The notes below the pieces were generated by a model. It saw nothing but the letters and a program-made list of their open reading frames with translations, was not told the DNA's origin and did no database searches. The position numbers and the translations under genes were made by a program. 64,000 nucleotides of DNA, taken from positions 7,143 through 71,142 of the forward strand of contig JADQBM010000067.1 of the NCBI GenBank assembly GCA_016278615.1, read 5' to 3'. Shown in pieces: positions 46,932 through 57,628 of this stretch (the stretch's first letter is position 1; each line of letters starts with the position of its first letter). The DNA comes from Clostridia bacterium (GTDB lineage: Bacteria > Bacillota > Clostridia > Peptostreptococcales > JAAYPU01).

Positions 46932-48020
46932 ATGAATGAACTTACGACTTCAATAGATCAATTTGTTAATTATAGCGATGTAAACAAAATAGTGGCGGCT
47001 TCCATTGTATTTTTATTTTTTCTTTTACTAAGGAAAATCTTTTCAAAATATATTATTAAAATACTCCTTAAACTCAGCAAAAAAACTTCCACGGAAGTAG
47101 ATGATATTTTAATTGAATCCTTTCAAAAACCACTAAATGGATTGTTTGTTGTAATAGGTATTTTTATTGCGGTAACTATTTTGCCACTAAACTTAGAGAT
47201 TAAGACAACCGTTTTTATATTCTCCAGGTCAACAATCATTATTCTCATTGCATGGGGTATAAACAGTTTTTTAAACGCTTCTACATTCCTATTTTTTGGA
47301 ATGCAAAAGAGAGTGGGTTTAGAATTAAATCAAGCAGTAGTTCCTTTTATTTCAAAAATATTGAAAGTTCTCTTAATTGCTTTGGCAGGTGTTTTAGTAG
47401 TCAGTGAATTGGGATATGATATATCTGGATTCATTGCAGGCCTTGGATTAGGAGGGTTAGCATTTGCTTTGGCAGCACAAGATACAGCAGGAAACATCTT
47501 TGGCGGAATCATAATCTTACTGGACAAGCCCTTTACAGTAGGAGACTGGATTCTTTCTCCCAGCGTAGAAGGTGTTGTTGAGGAAATCAACCTAAGAAGT
47601 ACACGTGTAAGAACTTTTGCACAATCAGTGGTAGTCATGCCCAATTCAAAACTCACCAACGAACCCATTACCAATTGGAGCAAAATGGGGAAAAGACGCG
47701 TAACCTTCAATGTTGGAGTCACTTACAGTACACCAAGAGAGGTTCTAAAAGAATGTGTTAAAAAAACAACAGCCATGTTAGAGGCGCATCCCGATGTCCA
47801 TAAAGAAACGATTATGGTTAGATTTGATAGTTTTAACAACAGTAGTTTAGATATATTTGTATACTTTTTTACAAATACTACCCAATGGGAAGAATTCTTA
47901 AGAGTTAAAGAAGATGTGAATTATAAAATTATGGAAATCATCGAAAACGAAGGGACAAGCTTTGCTTTTCCAAGTAGAAGTATTTATATTGAACAAATGC
48001 CAAATAATAATAAAGAGTAA
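46932..48020 (+). CDS. MscS-family mechanosensitive channel
   Basis: 362-aa ORF with about 4 TM helices, then the conserved LAAQDTAGNIFGGIIILLDKPFTVGDWI pore/beta-domain signature. Confidence 0.88.
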   Translation: MNELTTSIDQFVNYSDVNKIVAASIVFLFFLLLRKIFSKYIIKILLKLSKKTSTEVDDILIESFQKPLNGLFVVIGIFIAVTILPLNLEIKTTVFIFSRSTIIILIAWGINSFLNASTFLFFGMQKRVGLELNQAVVPFISKILKVLLIALAGVLVVSELGYDISGFIAGLGLGGLAFALAAQDTAGNIFGGIIILLDKPFTVGDWILSPSVEGVVEEINLRSTRVRTFAQSVVVMPNSKLTNEPITNWSKMGKRRVTFNVGVTYSTPREVLKECVKKTTAMLEAHPDVHKETIMVRFDSFNNSSLDIFVYFFTNTTQWEEFLRVKEDVNYKIMEIIENEGTSFAFPSRSIYIEQMPNNNKE

Positions 48021-48046
48021 GAAAAGATAGATGAAAGATAGATAAA

Positions 48047-48172
48047 AGATAATAGATAAGAGATAATAGTTAATGAAAGTTTTGCTAAAGCAAAACTATT
48101 AATTATACAATGGAGATTTTGAGAAATCAAAATCCTCGTTAACTATTATCTATTAATTGTTATCTATTATCT
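48047..48172. repeat. Nested inverted-repeat element: GATA-rich long arms enclosing two hairpins
   Basis: The arms are AGATAATAGATAAGAGATAATAGTTAA (48047-48073) and TTAACTATTATCTATTAATTGTTATCTATTATCT (48139-48172), complementary except for an indel. The inner hairpins are AGTTTTGC-taaa-GCAAAACT (48078-48097) and GATTTTGA-gaaa-TCAAAATC (48115-48134). Confidence 0.65.
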
Positions 48173-48198
48173 GCATTTTATAATCCTTGGAGGTAAGA

Positions 48199-48984
48199 AT
48201 GAAAGATTTGGATCATATTAGGAAGACCATTAATACTTATGATGAAGAGATTATTGAAACGTTAGTTTTACGTTTTGAGGCCGTAGAAAAGGTTGCAGAA
48301 ATAAAAAAAGAAAAAAACCTATCTATTTTCGATGGAAAAAGGCAAGAGGACATTATAAAAAGTATTCAGCTTAGAGAAATTTCTTATGTAAACGAAATAA
48401 CGGCCATTTATAAAAAAATAATGAAAGAAAGTAGAAAACGTCAATCTCAAATATTGCTTCCGTCTAAAATTTTTATTGTGGGATTTATGGGAGCCGGAAA
48501 ATCTACAGTGGGGAGCCTCCTTTCAGAAACAACAGGTTTCAACTTTATAGATACAGATATCCTCATAGAAGAGATGACCCAAATGAAAGTGTCTGAGATT
48601 TTTAAGAGCAAAGGAGAGAAACATTTCAGGGAATTAGAAACAGATGTTTTAAACAAAATCCACAAAGAGGCATACAACATCATTGCTTGTGGGGGTGGCA
48701 TTGTTATAAAAGAAGAAAACAGAAAAATATTAAAAGAGATGGGGAAAACAGTATTTCTTAATGGCTCCATTGAAGTTATGATGAGCAGAATAGAAGACGA
48801 CAATCATCGACCCTTAACAATTCCTTTCAACAATATAAGCCCAAAGAAAAAGTATGAAGCCTTTAAAGATATTTTAGACAAAAGGATGAGATTTTATGAG
48901 GAGACAGGAGATCTCATCATAAATATAGACAATAAAAAGCCAGAAGAGATTGTAGATGAAATATTAAAAAAGCTCATTGAATAA
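48199..48984 (+). CDS. aroK: Bifunctional chorismate mutase (AroQ-type) / shikimate kinase
   Basis: GGAGG RBS lies 5 nt before MKDLDHIRKTINTYDEEIIETL, a CM_2-like helix. The second half has the shikimate kinase P-loop IFIVGFMGAGKSTVG and the GGG motif (IIACGGGIV). Confidence 0.8.
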   Translation: MKDLDHIRKTINTYDEEIIETLVLRFEAVEKVAEIKKEKNLSIFDGKRQEDIIKSIQLREISYVNEITAIYKKIMKESRKRQSQILLPSKIFIVGFMGAGKSTVGSLLSETTGFNFIDTDILIEEMTQMKVSEIFKSKGEKHFRELETDVLNKIHKEAYNIIACGGGIVIKEENRKILKEMGKTVFLNGSIEVMMSRIEDDNHRPLTIPFNNISPKKKYEAFKDILDKRMRFYEETGDLIINIDNKKPEEIVDEILKKLIE

Positions 48985-48990
48985 GATGTA

Positions 48991-49725
48991 TTATTTCGTC
49001 TGAAGCTTGTCAAGGGTATCACCAATAATGGATTGGACTTTCTCGGAGAGATTATTAGCTTCTTCTTTTGATAAGCCTTGTGTCTTTATGGGATCATGAA
49101 TGATAAAATCTACTTTTCCTGAAGCAACCCGTTTATTTAATTCGAAAAGCTTATAAGAACCACTTATTGTAATAGGAACAATGGGCACTTCAGATTTAAT
49201 GGCCAAACGAAGACTGCCTTTTTTAAAATCTGACATTTCATCACATTTGCTCCGAGTTCCTTCTGGAAAGATTACTAAAGAATACCCGTCCTTTAATAGG
49301 GAGATCCCTTGTTGTATGGCTTTTAGTGATTGACGAGGATCTTCTCGGTCTATAAAGACACTTTTAATAAGTGCGATCCATTTATTAAAAATAGGAAGGC
49401 GCTCTAAGTCAGATTTAGCCACAAAGCCCATTTGCTTATTTAAAGTGGAAAAGAAAATAGGAATATCAAACAGGCTCTGATGGTTACTGACAAATAAAAC
49501 GGCGCCTGTAGGAACTTTTTCTATTCCAGTCATATTGACTGTCGCATTTGCTTTTTTCAATAAAGCTTTTCCCCAATCATGTGATACTTTTCTAATTTCA
49601 TCTATTTGTATTAATTGATTTCCTTCAGATTCTAATTTTTTTATTTTTAAATATTTAGGAGTAAGTTTAAATAAATACCAATAAAAATAGATACCGAAAG
49701 CAAGATTTTTTAACATGTCTGTCAC
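48991..49725 (-). CDS. plsC: 1-acyl-sn-glycerol-3-phosphate acyltransferase
   Basis: 244-aa ORF. The HX4D motif (SNHQSLFDIP) and FPEGTRS motif of the LPLAT family. Confidence 0.88.
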   Translation of the reverse strand: MTDMLKNLAFGIYFYWYLFKLTPKYLKIKKLESEGNQLIQIDEIRKVSHDWGKALLKKANATVNMTGIEKVPTGAVLFVSNHQSLFDIPIFFSTLNKQMGFVAKSDLERLPIFNKWIALIKSVFIDREDPRQSLKAIQQGISLLKDGYSLVIFPEGTRSKCDEMSDFKKGSLRLAIKSEVPIVPITISGSYKLFELNKRVASGKVDFIIHDPIKTQGLSKEEANNLSEKVQSIIGDTLDKLQTK

Positions 49726-49874
49726 TCCTTTATTTTAATATTTAAATGATACCATAAAAAAATATGAGGTGCACCAAAAAAAGAAGGGCTTTATATTAAA
49801 GCTTAAAATTTACTAGAATTAAAGTAGAATTATTTCTCTGATTTAAGAAAATAATAAAAAAACTAGAGAATTAC

Positions 49875-49902
49875 TTGAAATGATAACACAGTATGGTATA
49901 AT
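49875..49902 (+). promoter_or_regulatory. Sigma-A-type promoter of the rpsF-ssb-rpsR operon
   Basis: -35 TTGAAA (49875-49880), a 16-nt spacer, and an extended -10 TGgTATAAT (49894-49902). Confidence 0.55.
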
Positions 49903-49925
49903 GATACGGCATCGATATGCTCTCT

Positions 49926-49942
49926 GCTCTGTTAATCAGAGC
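49926..49942 (+). promoter_or_regulatory. Hairpin in the rpsF 5' leader (possible S6:S18 autoregulatory motif)
   Basis: GCTCTG-ttaat-CAGAGC lies about 30 nt upstream of the rpsF start. An rpsF-leader RNA motif bound by S6:S18 is described in Firmicutes. I cannot verify a match by eye. Confidence 0.3.
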
Positions 49943-49969
49943 CATTATTGTCCATAGGGAGGTGAGAAA

Positions 49970-50257
49970 ATGAAAAAATACGAAGTGCTGTTTATTATTG
50001 ATTCAGCGTTGGAAGATGAGAAAAAAGATGCGGTAGTAGAAATGGCCAAAGAGACAATTTCTACTGACGGTGAGGTTGAAAAGGTTGATGTATGGGGAAA
50101 CAAGAAATTAGCATACACCATACAAAAGAAAAACGAAGGATATTATGTTTTAATAACATTTAAAGCTGGAAAAGATCTTCCAAAGGAATTAGATAGAAAA
50201 CTAAGAATTTCTGATGAAGTATTGAGATATCTTATCGTCAATAAAGAAGAGAAATAA
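49970..50257 (+). CDS. rpsF: 30S ribosomal protein S6
   Basis: 95-aa ORF starting MKKYEVLFII, with WGNKKLAYTI. Upstream of ssb and rpsR. Confidence 0.96.
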   Translation: MKKYEVLFIIDSALEDEKKDAVVEMAKETISTDGEVEKVDVWGNKKLAYTIQKKNEGYYVLITFKAGKDLPKELDRKLRISDEVLRYLIVNKEEK

Positions 50258-50274
50258 AATGGGTGGTGGATTAG

Positions 50275-50685
50275 ATGAATAGTGTTATATTAATAGGCAG
50301 ATTGACTAAAGATCCAGAGCTTCGATATATTCCAAATAGTGGAACAGCAGTTACGAATTTTACTGTTGCTGTAGACAGGCCTTTTTCAAAAGAAAAAATA
50401 GCTGACTTTTTTAGAGTAGTTGTTTTTGGAAAGTCTGCTGAAAATTGTTCCAACTATTTATCTAAAGGAAGACTTGTTGGTGTTTCTGGAAGATTGCAAA
50501 ACAATAATTATGAAACACAAACAGGGGAAAAACGCTATACAACTGAAGTCATTGCAGAAAGGGTAGAGTTTTTAGAGCCTAAGAATAAGCAAAAAAGCGA
50601 CAGCTATGCTAATGAAAAGGATGATGATAACTTGCCTGAAGGATTTCAGACTTTAGAAGAGGATGACGATGAAATTCCATTTTAA
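50275..50685 (+). CDS. ssb: Single-stranded DNA-binding protein
   Basis: 136-aa ORF. OB fold MNSVILIGRLTKDPELRY and an acidic C-terminal tip DDDEIPF. Confidence 0.96.
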   Translation: MNSVILIGRLTKDPELRYIPNSGTAVTNFTVAVDRPFSKEKIADFFRVVVFGKSAENCSNYLSKGRLVGVSGRLQNNNYETQTGEKRYTTEVIAERVEFLEPKNKQKSDSYANEKDDDNLPEGFQTLEEDDDEIPF

Positions 50686-50720
50686 TAGACAACTTTTAAG
50701 TAAGGAGGGAAAAAAGCCTA

Positions 50721-50942
50721 GTGAAAAGACGAATTAGAAAAAAGAAAGTATGTTTGTTCTGTACAGATAAAATCGATACAATTGACTATAAAGATTTGGA
50801 TAAATTAAAAAAGTATGTTACGGATAGAGGTAAAATTTTACCTAAAAGAATTACAGGTACTTGTGCGACACACCAAAGAGAATTAACAAAAGCAATTAAA
50901 AAAGCAAGAATGGTTGCACTTCTTCCTTTTACACAGGATTAG
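50721..50942 (+). CDS. rpsR: 30S ribosomal protein S18
   Basis: 73-aa ORF with a GTG start. [15 protein letters not shown] and [25 protein letters not shown]. Confidence 0.95.
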   Translation: MKRRIRKKKVCLFCTDKIDTIDYKDLDKLKKYVTDRGKILPKRITGTCATHQRELTKAIKKARMVALLPFTQD

Positions 50943-50960
50943 TAAGAATAAGTATTTAAA

Positions 50961-50983
50961 AGAAGCGATTCTCGCTTCTTTTT
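50961..50983 (+). terminator. Rho-independent terminator after rpsR
   Basis: AGAAGCGA-ttc-TCGCTTCT followed by TTTT. Confidence 0.8.
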
Positions 50984-51047
50984 GATATTTCAAAGGGTTA
51001 AATTAAGTTACAATCCTATTAATTGGTAAGATAATCCTTACATAGTC

Positions 51048-52034
51048 ATGATAAATGAGGTGATGGTCCTGAACATTAATAGAAGTACCAAAGGGCTTAC
51101 GGAGTCCGCTATTATTACAGCAGTTATTTGTGTTTTGGGAATAGCAGGCATGTATATTCCATTTTTAGGGATGCTCTTGTTTATAGTTCCCACGCCATTA
51201 ATTGTTATTGGAAAGAAATATGGTGTTAAGTATTCCATAATGTCTCTTGTTGCAGCATCTGTTGTTATGATCAGCTTTTCAAGTCCTGTTACATCCATAC
51301 TTGTTATTGCTTTGCCTGGAATCCCTGCTTTAGTGACAGGCGTCTTGATGAGAAGAAAAATTTTGCCGTATTATATTCTTGCGGCTACTACAATTGCTGG
51401 TATTGGCGTAACTGTTTTTTCTTTTTTTATAGCTTCCAAACTTCTAGGGGTTTCTATTATTGACAACATGCAAGAAATGTTTAAACAATCCGTTAATATT
51501 CAAGAATACATGTATTCTATAATGGGGGTAAATTCAGAATCTTTGGAACAGGCCAATGAGATGATGAAGATGTTGAGCGATATGGTTGTTGTTATCATTC
51601 CATCAGCTATTATAATGGCAGCATTTTTTTCAAGCTATGTTAATTACACTTTGGCAACTTATATATTGAGAAGAACAGGATATAAGGTAGAGAGCCTTAA
51701 GCCTTTTAGATATTTCAAATTATCAAAAAGTGCCCTTCGAGGAATCATGGTTATTGCACTTTTATCTATGGTAGCAGGATATTTAAATATAGTTGACCAG
51801 GAAGTCTTAATAACAAATGTTTACCTTTTAGGCCAACTGGTCTTTATTATCGGAGGCTTAGCGGTGGTTGCCTATTATTTAAATTATTATAAGATCAATA
51901 AACCTTTAAAGGTTGTAGTTATGGTGTTTTTAGTCCTGACAAAAGTTGGAGGGATGGTACTTTTAATTACTGGCATCTTGGATATCTTTATAGATATAAG
52001 AAAATATAAAGAGGAAAATGGGGCAAACCCTTAA
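51048..52034 (+). CDS. yybS: YybS-like polytopic membrane protein (DUF2232)
   Basis: 328-aa multi-TM ORF immediately upstream of gdpP, as in the Bacillus yybS-yybT arrangement. The start codon is uncertain. Confidence 0.7.
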   Translation: MINEVMVLNINRSTKGLTESAIITAVICVLGIAGMYIPFLGMLLFIVPTPLIVIGKKYGVKYSIMSLVAASVVMISFSSPVTSILVIALPGIPALVTGVLMRRKILPYYILAATTIAGIGVTVFSFFIASKLLGVSIIDNMQEMFKQSVNIQEYMYSIMGVNSESLEQANEMMKMLSDMVVVIIPSAIIMAAFFSSYVNYTLATYILRRTGYKVESLKPFRYFKLSKSALRGIMVIALLSMVAGYLNIVDQEVLITNVYLLGQLVFIIGGLAVVAYYLNYYKINKPLKVVVMVFLVLTKVGGMVLLITGILDIFIDIRKYKEENGANP

Positions 52035-52085
52035 AAAATTATGATATAATATTGATTGGTATCTCTTGTTACGGAGGTAAAGAAA

Positions 52086-54071
52086 ATGAAAAATACAGTA
52101 TTGAAGATATTACTTATGCCTAATACAAGAATATATTTATGGACCCTTGGAATATTTATTATCATTATTGCATTCTACAACTATTTTTTAGGGGTTGCGG
52201 CTACATTTTTATTGTTATATATGATTTATTATAATTGGAAAATTGAGCACAATAGAAAGCGACTATGGACAGAATATATAGAGAACATTACTGAAGAAAT
52301 TGATAGGACATCTCGTCAAGCTTTACTGAATTTACCAATGCCATTAACGGTGATAGAAATAGATGGCACCATCATATGGTATAATGCGAAGTTTGTTGAA
52401 ATATCCAATCAAACAGATTTATTGAATAGAAATATTGAGGAAGTTGTTCCAGGATTAAAGATACGCGAGCTCATCAGTAAAGATGAAAAGGACAGGCAAA
52501 TACAGATTCCCATCCAAGATAAAACATATAAAATGACCTGTAACGTTGTTAAGAACACAGAAGATGATAATTACAGTATTGTCTTGTACTGGTCCGACAT
52601 AACAAATTATGAGAATTTGAAAACATTATACAATGATGAAAAAACCATCGTGAGCTATATATATATAGATAATTATGAAGATGTCCTACAAAGCTCTTCT
52701 ATTGAGAGAAGGTCATTGCTTGCTGTTGAAATAGATAAAATTATTCGGGTTTGGGCAACAAGAATCAATGCTTGTGTTACAAAATATGACGACGATAAAT
52801 ATATGATTATCTTTGAAAATAAGCATCTTGAAAAACTTGAAGCCAAGAAGTTTACTATTTTAGACGAAGTAAGGGAAATAGAAACCGATTCAGATTTTCC
52901 CGCAACACTAAGTATTGGAATAGGTGTTGGTGGAAAAACCCCTATACAACAAGCTGAGTTTGCAGTGGCAGCATTAGACTTAGCACATGGTAGAGGCGGC
53001 GATCAAACAGTTATTAAAAAGATTAATAAGATAGAATATTATGGAGGAAAATCTCAAGTTGTTGAGAAACGGAACAAAGGCAAATCTAGAATAATGGCGC
53101 ATGCTATTCGACAACTTATAGATCAATCTTCAAATGTTTTTATTATGGGTCATCAATTCCCAGATATGGATTGCTTAGGAGCGGCTATTGGAATCCACCG
53201 TATGTCTGCAAATAGAAATAAAGAGGCTTTCATTATTTTAGATTCAGTCAATGAAGGCATTGAAACACTATATGATATGATTAAAACCAACAAGAATTAT
53301 AATTTCATTACAAATGAAACAGCATTAGCCACAGTAGGAAAGGATACACTTCTTGTGGTTGTAGATACCCACCGGCCAAGCTATACCCAGTGCCCGGACA
53401 TTTTATCTATGACCGATAAAATCGTTGTAATTGACCATCACAGAAAGATGGAAGAAAATATTGATACGGCAGTACTATCCTATATGGAACCTTACGCTTC
53501 CTCAACTTGTGAGCTTGTGACAGAGATTCTTCAATATATGGGAGACAAAAAAGAAGTGGATAAACTTGAGGCAGAATCACTTTTAGCTGGAATCACAGTG
53601 GATACCAAAAACTTTTCATTTAAAACCGGTGTTAGAACCTTTGAAGCAGCCTCTTGGCTCAGAAGAATTGGTGCAGATACCACAAATGTTAAACAACTCT
53701 TTCAAAGTGATATGGAAGTTTTTGTCGCAAAAGCCGAAATCATTAAAAATGCAAAACGATTGGCAAAAAGCATTGCGATTTCCGTATACGATGTAAAATA
53801 TAATAATGCGAATATTATTATTGCCCAAGCCGCTGATGAGCTTCTTGAAATCAAAGGGATAACGACGTCCTTTGTTATTGGTGCCAACCAAAAAGGAGAT
53901 GCCATTATTAGTGCTCGGTCGTTGGGAGATATTAATGTCCAAGTCATTATGGAAAAAATGGGCGGTGGCGGTCATTTAACCATGGCGGGCGCTCAGATTA
54001 ATAAACCTATTAAAGAGGCAGAACAGGAATTGACAGAAATAATTAAAGAATTTATAAAAGAGGGGGATTAA
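52086..54071 (+). CDS. gdpP: Cyclic-di-AMP phosphodiesterase GdpP (YybT)
   Basis: GGAGG RBS precedes MKNTVLKILL. Two N-terminal TM helices, a PAS-like region, a degenerate GGDEF, DHH (GHQFPDMDCLGAA, VVDTHR, VIDHH) and DHHA1 (GGGGH). Confidence 0.9.
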   Translation: MKNTVLKILLMPNTRIYLWTLGIFIIIIAFYNYFLGVAATFLLLYMIYYNWKIEHNRKRLWTEYIENITEEIDRTSRQALLNLPMPLTVIEIDGTIIWYNAKFVEISNQTDLLNRNIEEVVPGLKIRELISKDEKDRQIQIPIQDKTYKMTCNVVKNTEDDNYSIVLYWSDITNYENLKTLYNDEKTIVSYIYIDNYEDVLQSSSIERRSLLAVEIDKIIRVWATRINACVTKYDDDKYMIIFENKHLEKLEAKKFTILDEVREIETDSDFPATLSIGIGVGGKTPIQQAEFAVAALDLAHGRGGDQTVIKKINKIEYYGGKSQVVEKRNKGKSRIMAHAIRQLIDQSSNVFIMGHQFPDMDCLGAAIGIHRMSANRNKEAFIILDSVNEGIETLYDMIKTNKNYNFITNETALATVGKDTLLVVVDTHRPSYTQCPDILSMTDKIVVIDHHRKMEENIDTAVLSYMEPYASSTCELVTEILQYMGDKKEVDKLEAESLLAGITVDTKNFSFKTGVRTFEAASWLRRIGADTTNVKQLFQSDMEVFVAKAEIIKNAKRLAKSIAISVYDVKYNNANIIIAQAADELLEIKGITTSFVIGANQKGDAIISARSLGDINVQVIMEKMGGGGHLTMAGAQINKPIKEAEQELTEIIKEFIKEGD

Positions 54072-54074
54072 CAG

Positions 54075-54518
54075 ATGAAGATAATTTTAATTAAAGAAGT
54101 TAAAAAACTTGGAAAAGTTGGCGATATTGTAGAAATTAGTGATGGATATGCAAGAAATTTTCTTTTTCCAAGAGGATTAGCTAAAGAAGCAACTCAAGGA
54201 AATGTGAAAGAGTTAGAACAACGGAAAGCGGCGAAAGAAAAGAAAAGCAGTGAAGAGAAAAAAAGAGCCGAAGACTTAGCTGAGAAAATTAGCTCATTCA
54301 CAGTTCAACTAAAAACCAAGGGTGGAGAAACAGGACGTTTATTTGGTTCTATTACCTCAAAAGATATAACCGATGCCTTATTGGATCAGTATGGAATTGA
54401 AATTGATAAGAAAAAATTAAATCTTACGACTCCTATAAAACAAACAGGGGAATTTAATGTGGAGATTAAAGTATATCCTGAAGTAACAGCTCAAATGAAA
54501 GTAATCGTTTCTATATAG
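54075..54518 (+). CDS. rplI: 50S ribosomal protein L9
   Basis: 147-aa ORF starting [36 protein letters not shown]. Confidence 0.96.
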   Translation: MKIILIKEVKKLGKVGDIVEISDGYARNFLFPRGLAKEATQGNVKELEQRKAAKEKKSSEEKKRAEDLAEKISSFTVQLKTKGGETGRLFGSITSKDITDALLDQYGIEIDKKKLNLTTPIKQTGEFNVEIKVYPEVTAQMKVIVSI

Positions 54519-54558
54519 GATACATGATTTCAAGTTAATTATTAGGAGTTGATTTTGG

Positions 54559-55890
54559 ATGAGTCAAATGGAAAGAATTCCTCCACATAATACGGATGCC
54601 GAAAAATCTGTTCTGGGATCAATCATTTTAGATAAAGGTGCCTTGATTGAAGTCATAGAAGTTCTTAAACCTGAAGATTTCTACAGTCAAATGCATAAAG
54701 AAATTTTTGAAGCCATTATTGAATTATACAGAAAAAATGAACCAGTAGATATATTAACTTTGGCAGAAATTTTAAAAAAGAGAAAAACATTAGAAATGGT
54801 TGGGGGAAGATCTTATTTAGGACTGTTATCGTCCTCTGTCCCTTCTACGTCTAATGTGGAGTTTTATGCAAAAATTGTTGAAGAAAAGGCAGTATTGAGG
54901 AGACTTATTGAAGCCTCTTCGTTAATAATGGATAAAGGATATCAGGAAAAAACAGAAGCGAATGAAGTTTTAGATTTTGCTGAGCAAAAGGTTTTTGACA
55001 TCTCTCAGAAAAGACAAAAAAAAGGTTTTTCAATCATTAAAGATGTTCTGTGGGAAAATCTAAAAAAAATAGATGAAGCGTCAAAAATGGATGGGAATAT
55101 GACAGGCCTTACCACGGGGTTTATAGATATCAATTCTAGAACCTCTGGTCTTCAAAAATCAGATTTAATTATGATTGCAGCTCGACCAAGTATGGGGAAA
55201 ACAGCATTTGCCCTAAATATTGCTCAAAATGCTGCTGTTATGGGAAATGGATCTGTTGCTCTTTTTAGTTTGGAAATGTCAAAAGAACAGCTGGTTCAGC
55301 GACTTTTAAGCTCTGAAGCAATGGTAGAAATTCAGAAGATTAGAACAGGAAACCTTGAAACAAAGGAATGGGATAAGATCTATATGGCTATAGATGTTTT
55401 GTCAAAGGCAAATATTTACATAGACGATACCCCTGGGATTACAAGCCTTGAAATTAAAAATAAGTGCCGTAGATTAAAGGCGGATAAAGGGTTGGATCTC
55501 ATAATAATTGATTATTTACAATTAATGTCTGCTGATGGAAAAGCAGAAAGTCGTCAACAGGAAATATCGGTGATTTCTCGCTCTCTGAAAAATTTGGCGA
55601 GAGAATTGGATTGCCCTGTCATCACACTTTCCCAGCTATCCAGGGCGCCGGAGCTCAGGGCGGATCATAGACCCATACTATCTGATTTAAGAGAATCCGG
55701 CTCTATAGAGCAAGATGCAGACATCGTTATGTTCCTATATAGAGATGAATATTATAATCCTGAAACCACAGAAAAACCCAATATATGTGAAGTTCTTATT
55801 GCAAAGCAAAGGAATGGGCCAACAGGAGCCGTAGAACTTACCTGGCTGGGAAAATATACGAAGTTTGCTAATAGCTATAAAGACTCTTAA
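54559..55890 (+). CDS. dnaB: Replicative DNA helicase DnaB (DnaC in Bacillus nomenclature)
   Basis: 443-aa ORF. N-terminal PPHNTDAEKSVLGSII, Walker A ARPSMGKTAFALN, Walker B IIIDYLQLM, and SQLSR. Confidence 0.96.
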   Translation: MSQMERIPPHNTDAEKSVLGSIILDKGALIEVIEVLKPEDFYSQMHKEIFEAIIELYRKNEPVDILTLAEILKKRKTLEMVGGRSYLGLLSSSVPSTSNVEFYAKIVEEKAVLRRLIEASSLIMDKGYQEKTEANEVLDFAEQKVFDISQKRQKKGFSIIKDVLWENLKKIDEASKMDGNMTGLTTGFIDINSRTSGLQKSDLIMIAARPSMGKTAFALNIAQNAAVMGNGSVALFSLEMSKEQLVQRLLSSEAMVEIQKIRTGNLETKEWDKIYMAIDVLSKANIYIDDTPGITSLEIKNKCRRLKADKGLDLIIIDYLQLMSADGKAESRQQEISVISRSLKNLARELDCPVITLSQLSRAPELRADHRPILSDLRESGSIEQDADIVMFLYRDEYYNPETTEKPNICEVLIAKQRNGPTGAVELTWLGKYTKFANSYKDS

Positions 55891-55948
55891 TGCTTTAAGG
55901 ATAAACTGAATTTAATCTAATAAAGAGCTCATAAGGGGGAAATAGGTT

Positions 55949-56161
55949 ATGAAAAGGATCATGAGAGATACATTAATTGGGGACATCATAGAACTGGACA
56001 TTAAAACAACTGAAATTCTTAAAAAACATGGTTTAGACTGTTTAGGATGTCCCGCCTCAGAGAGTGAGAGCCTTGCTGAAGCCGCCAAAGGACACGGTGC
56101 GAATATTGAAGATATAATTCTAGAGCTTAATCGATATCTTACATTGAATAAAAAAGTATAA
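55949..56161 (+). CDS. DUF1858-type small redox-disulfide domain protein
   Basis: 70-aa ORF. TIGDIIELDIKTTEILKKHGLDCLGCPASESESLAEAAKGHG resembles the hybrid-cluster-protein-associated CxGC domain. Confidence 0.55.
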   Translation: MKRIMRDTLIGDIIELDIKTTEILKKHGLDCLGCPASESESLAEAAKGHGANIEDIILELNRYLTLNKKV

Positions 56162-56196
56162 AAATTAACAAGTTGTTTAGAAAGCAGGTGTTGTAA

Positions 56197-57478
<1,282 letters not shown>

Positions 57479-57480
<2 letters not shown>

Positions 57481-57628
57481 TGAACAATGAATAATGAACA
57501 ATGAATAATTAAGGAAAGGATTTTGCTTCAAGCAAAATCCTTTCTAATATAATAAAAGTAAAAGAATTTACCACTCGGTAAATTCTTTTTTTCCTTCATT
57601 GTTCATTGTTCATTATTCATTACTCATT
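57479..57628. repeat. Nested inverted-repeat element: 36-nt arms enclosing two strong hairpins between the convergent purA and dnaD-like genes
   Basis: The arms are AATGAACAATGAATAATGAACAATGAATAATTAAGG (57479-57514) and CCTTCATTGTTCATTGTTCATTATTCATTACTCATT (57593-57628), complementary at about 30 of 36 positions. The inner hairpins are GAAAGGATTTTGC-ttcaa-GCAAAATCCTTTC (57514-57544) and AAAGAATTTACC-actc-GGTAAATTCTTT plus a T run (57561-57592). Confidence 0.7.
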
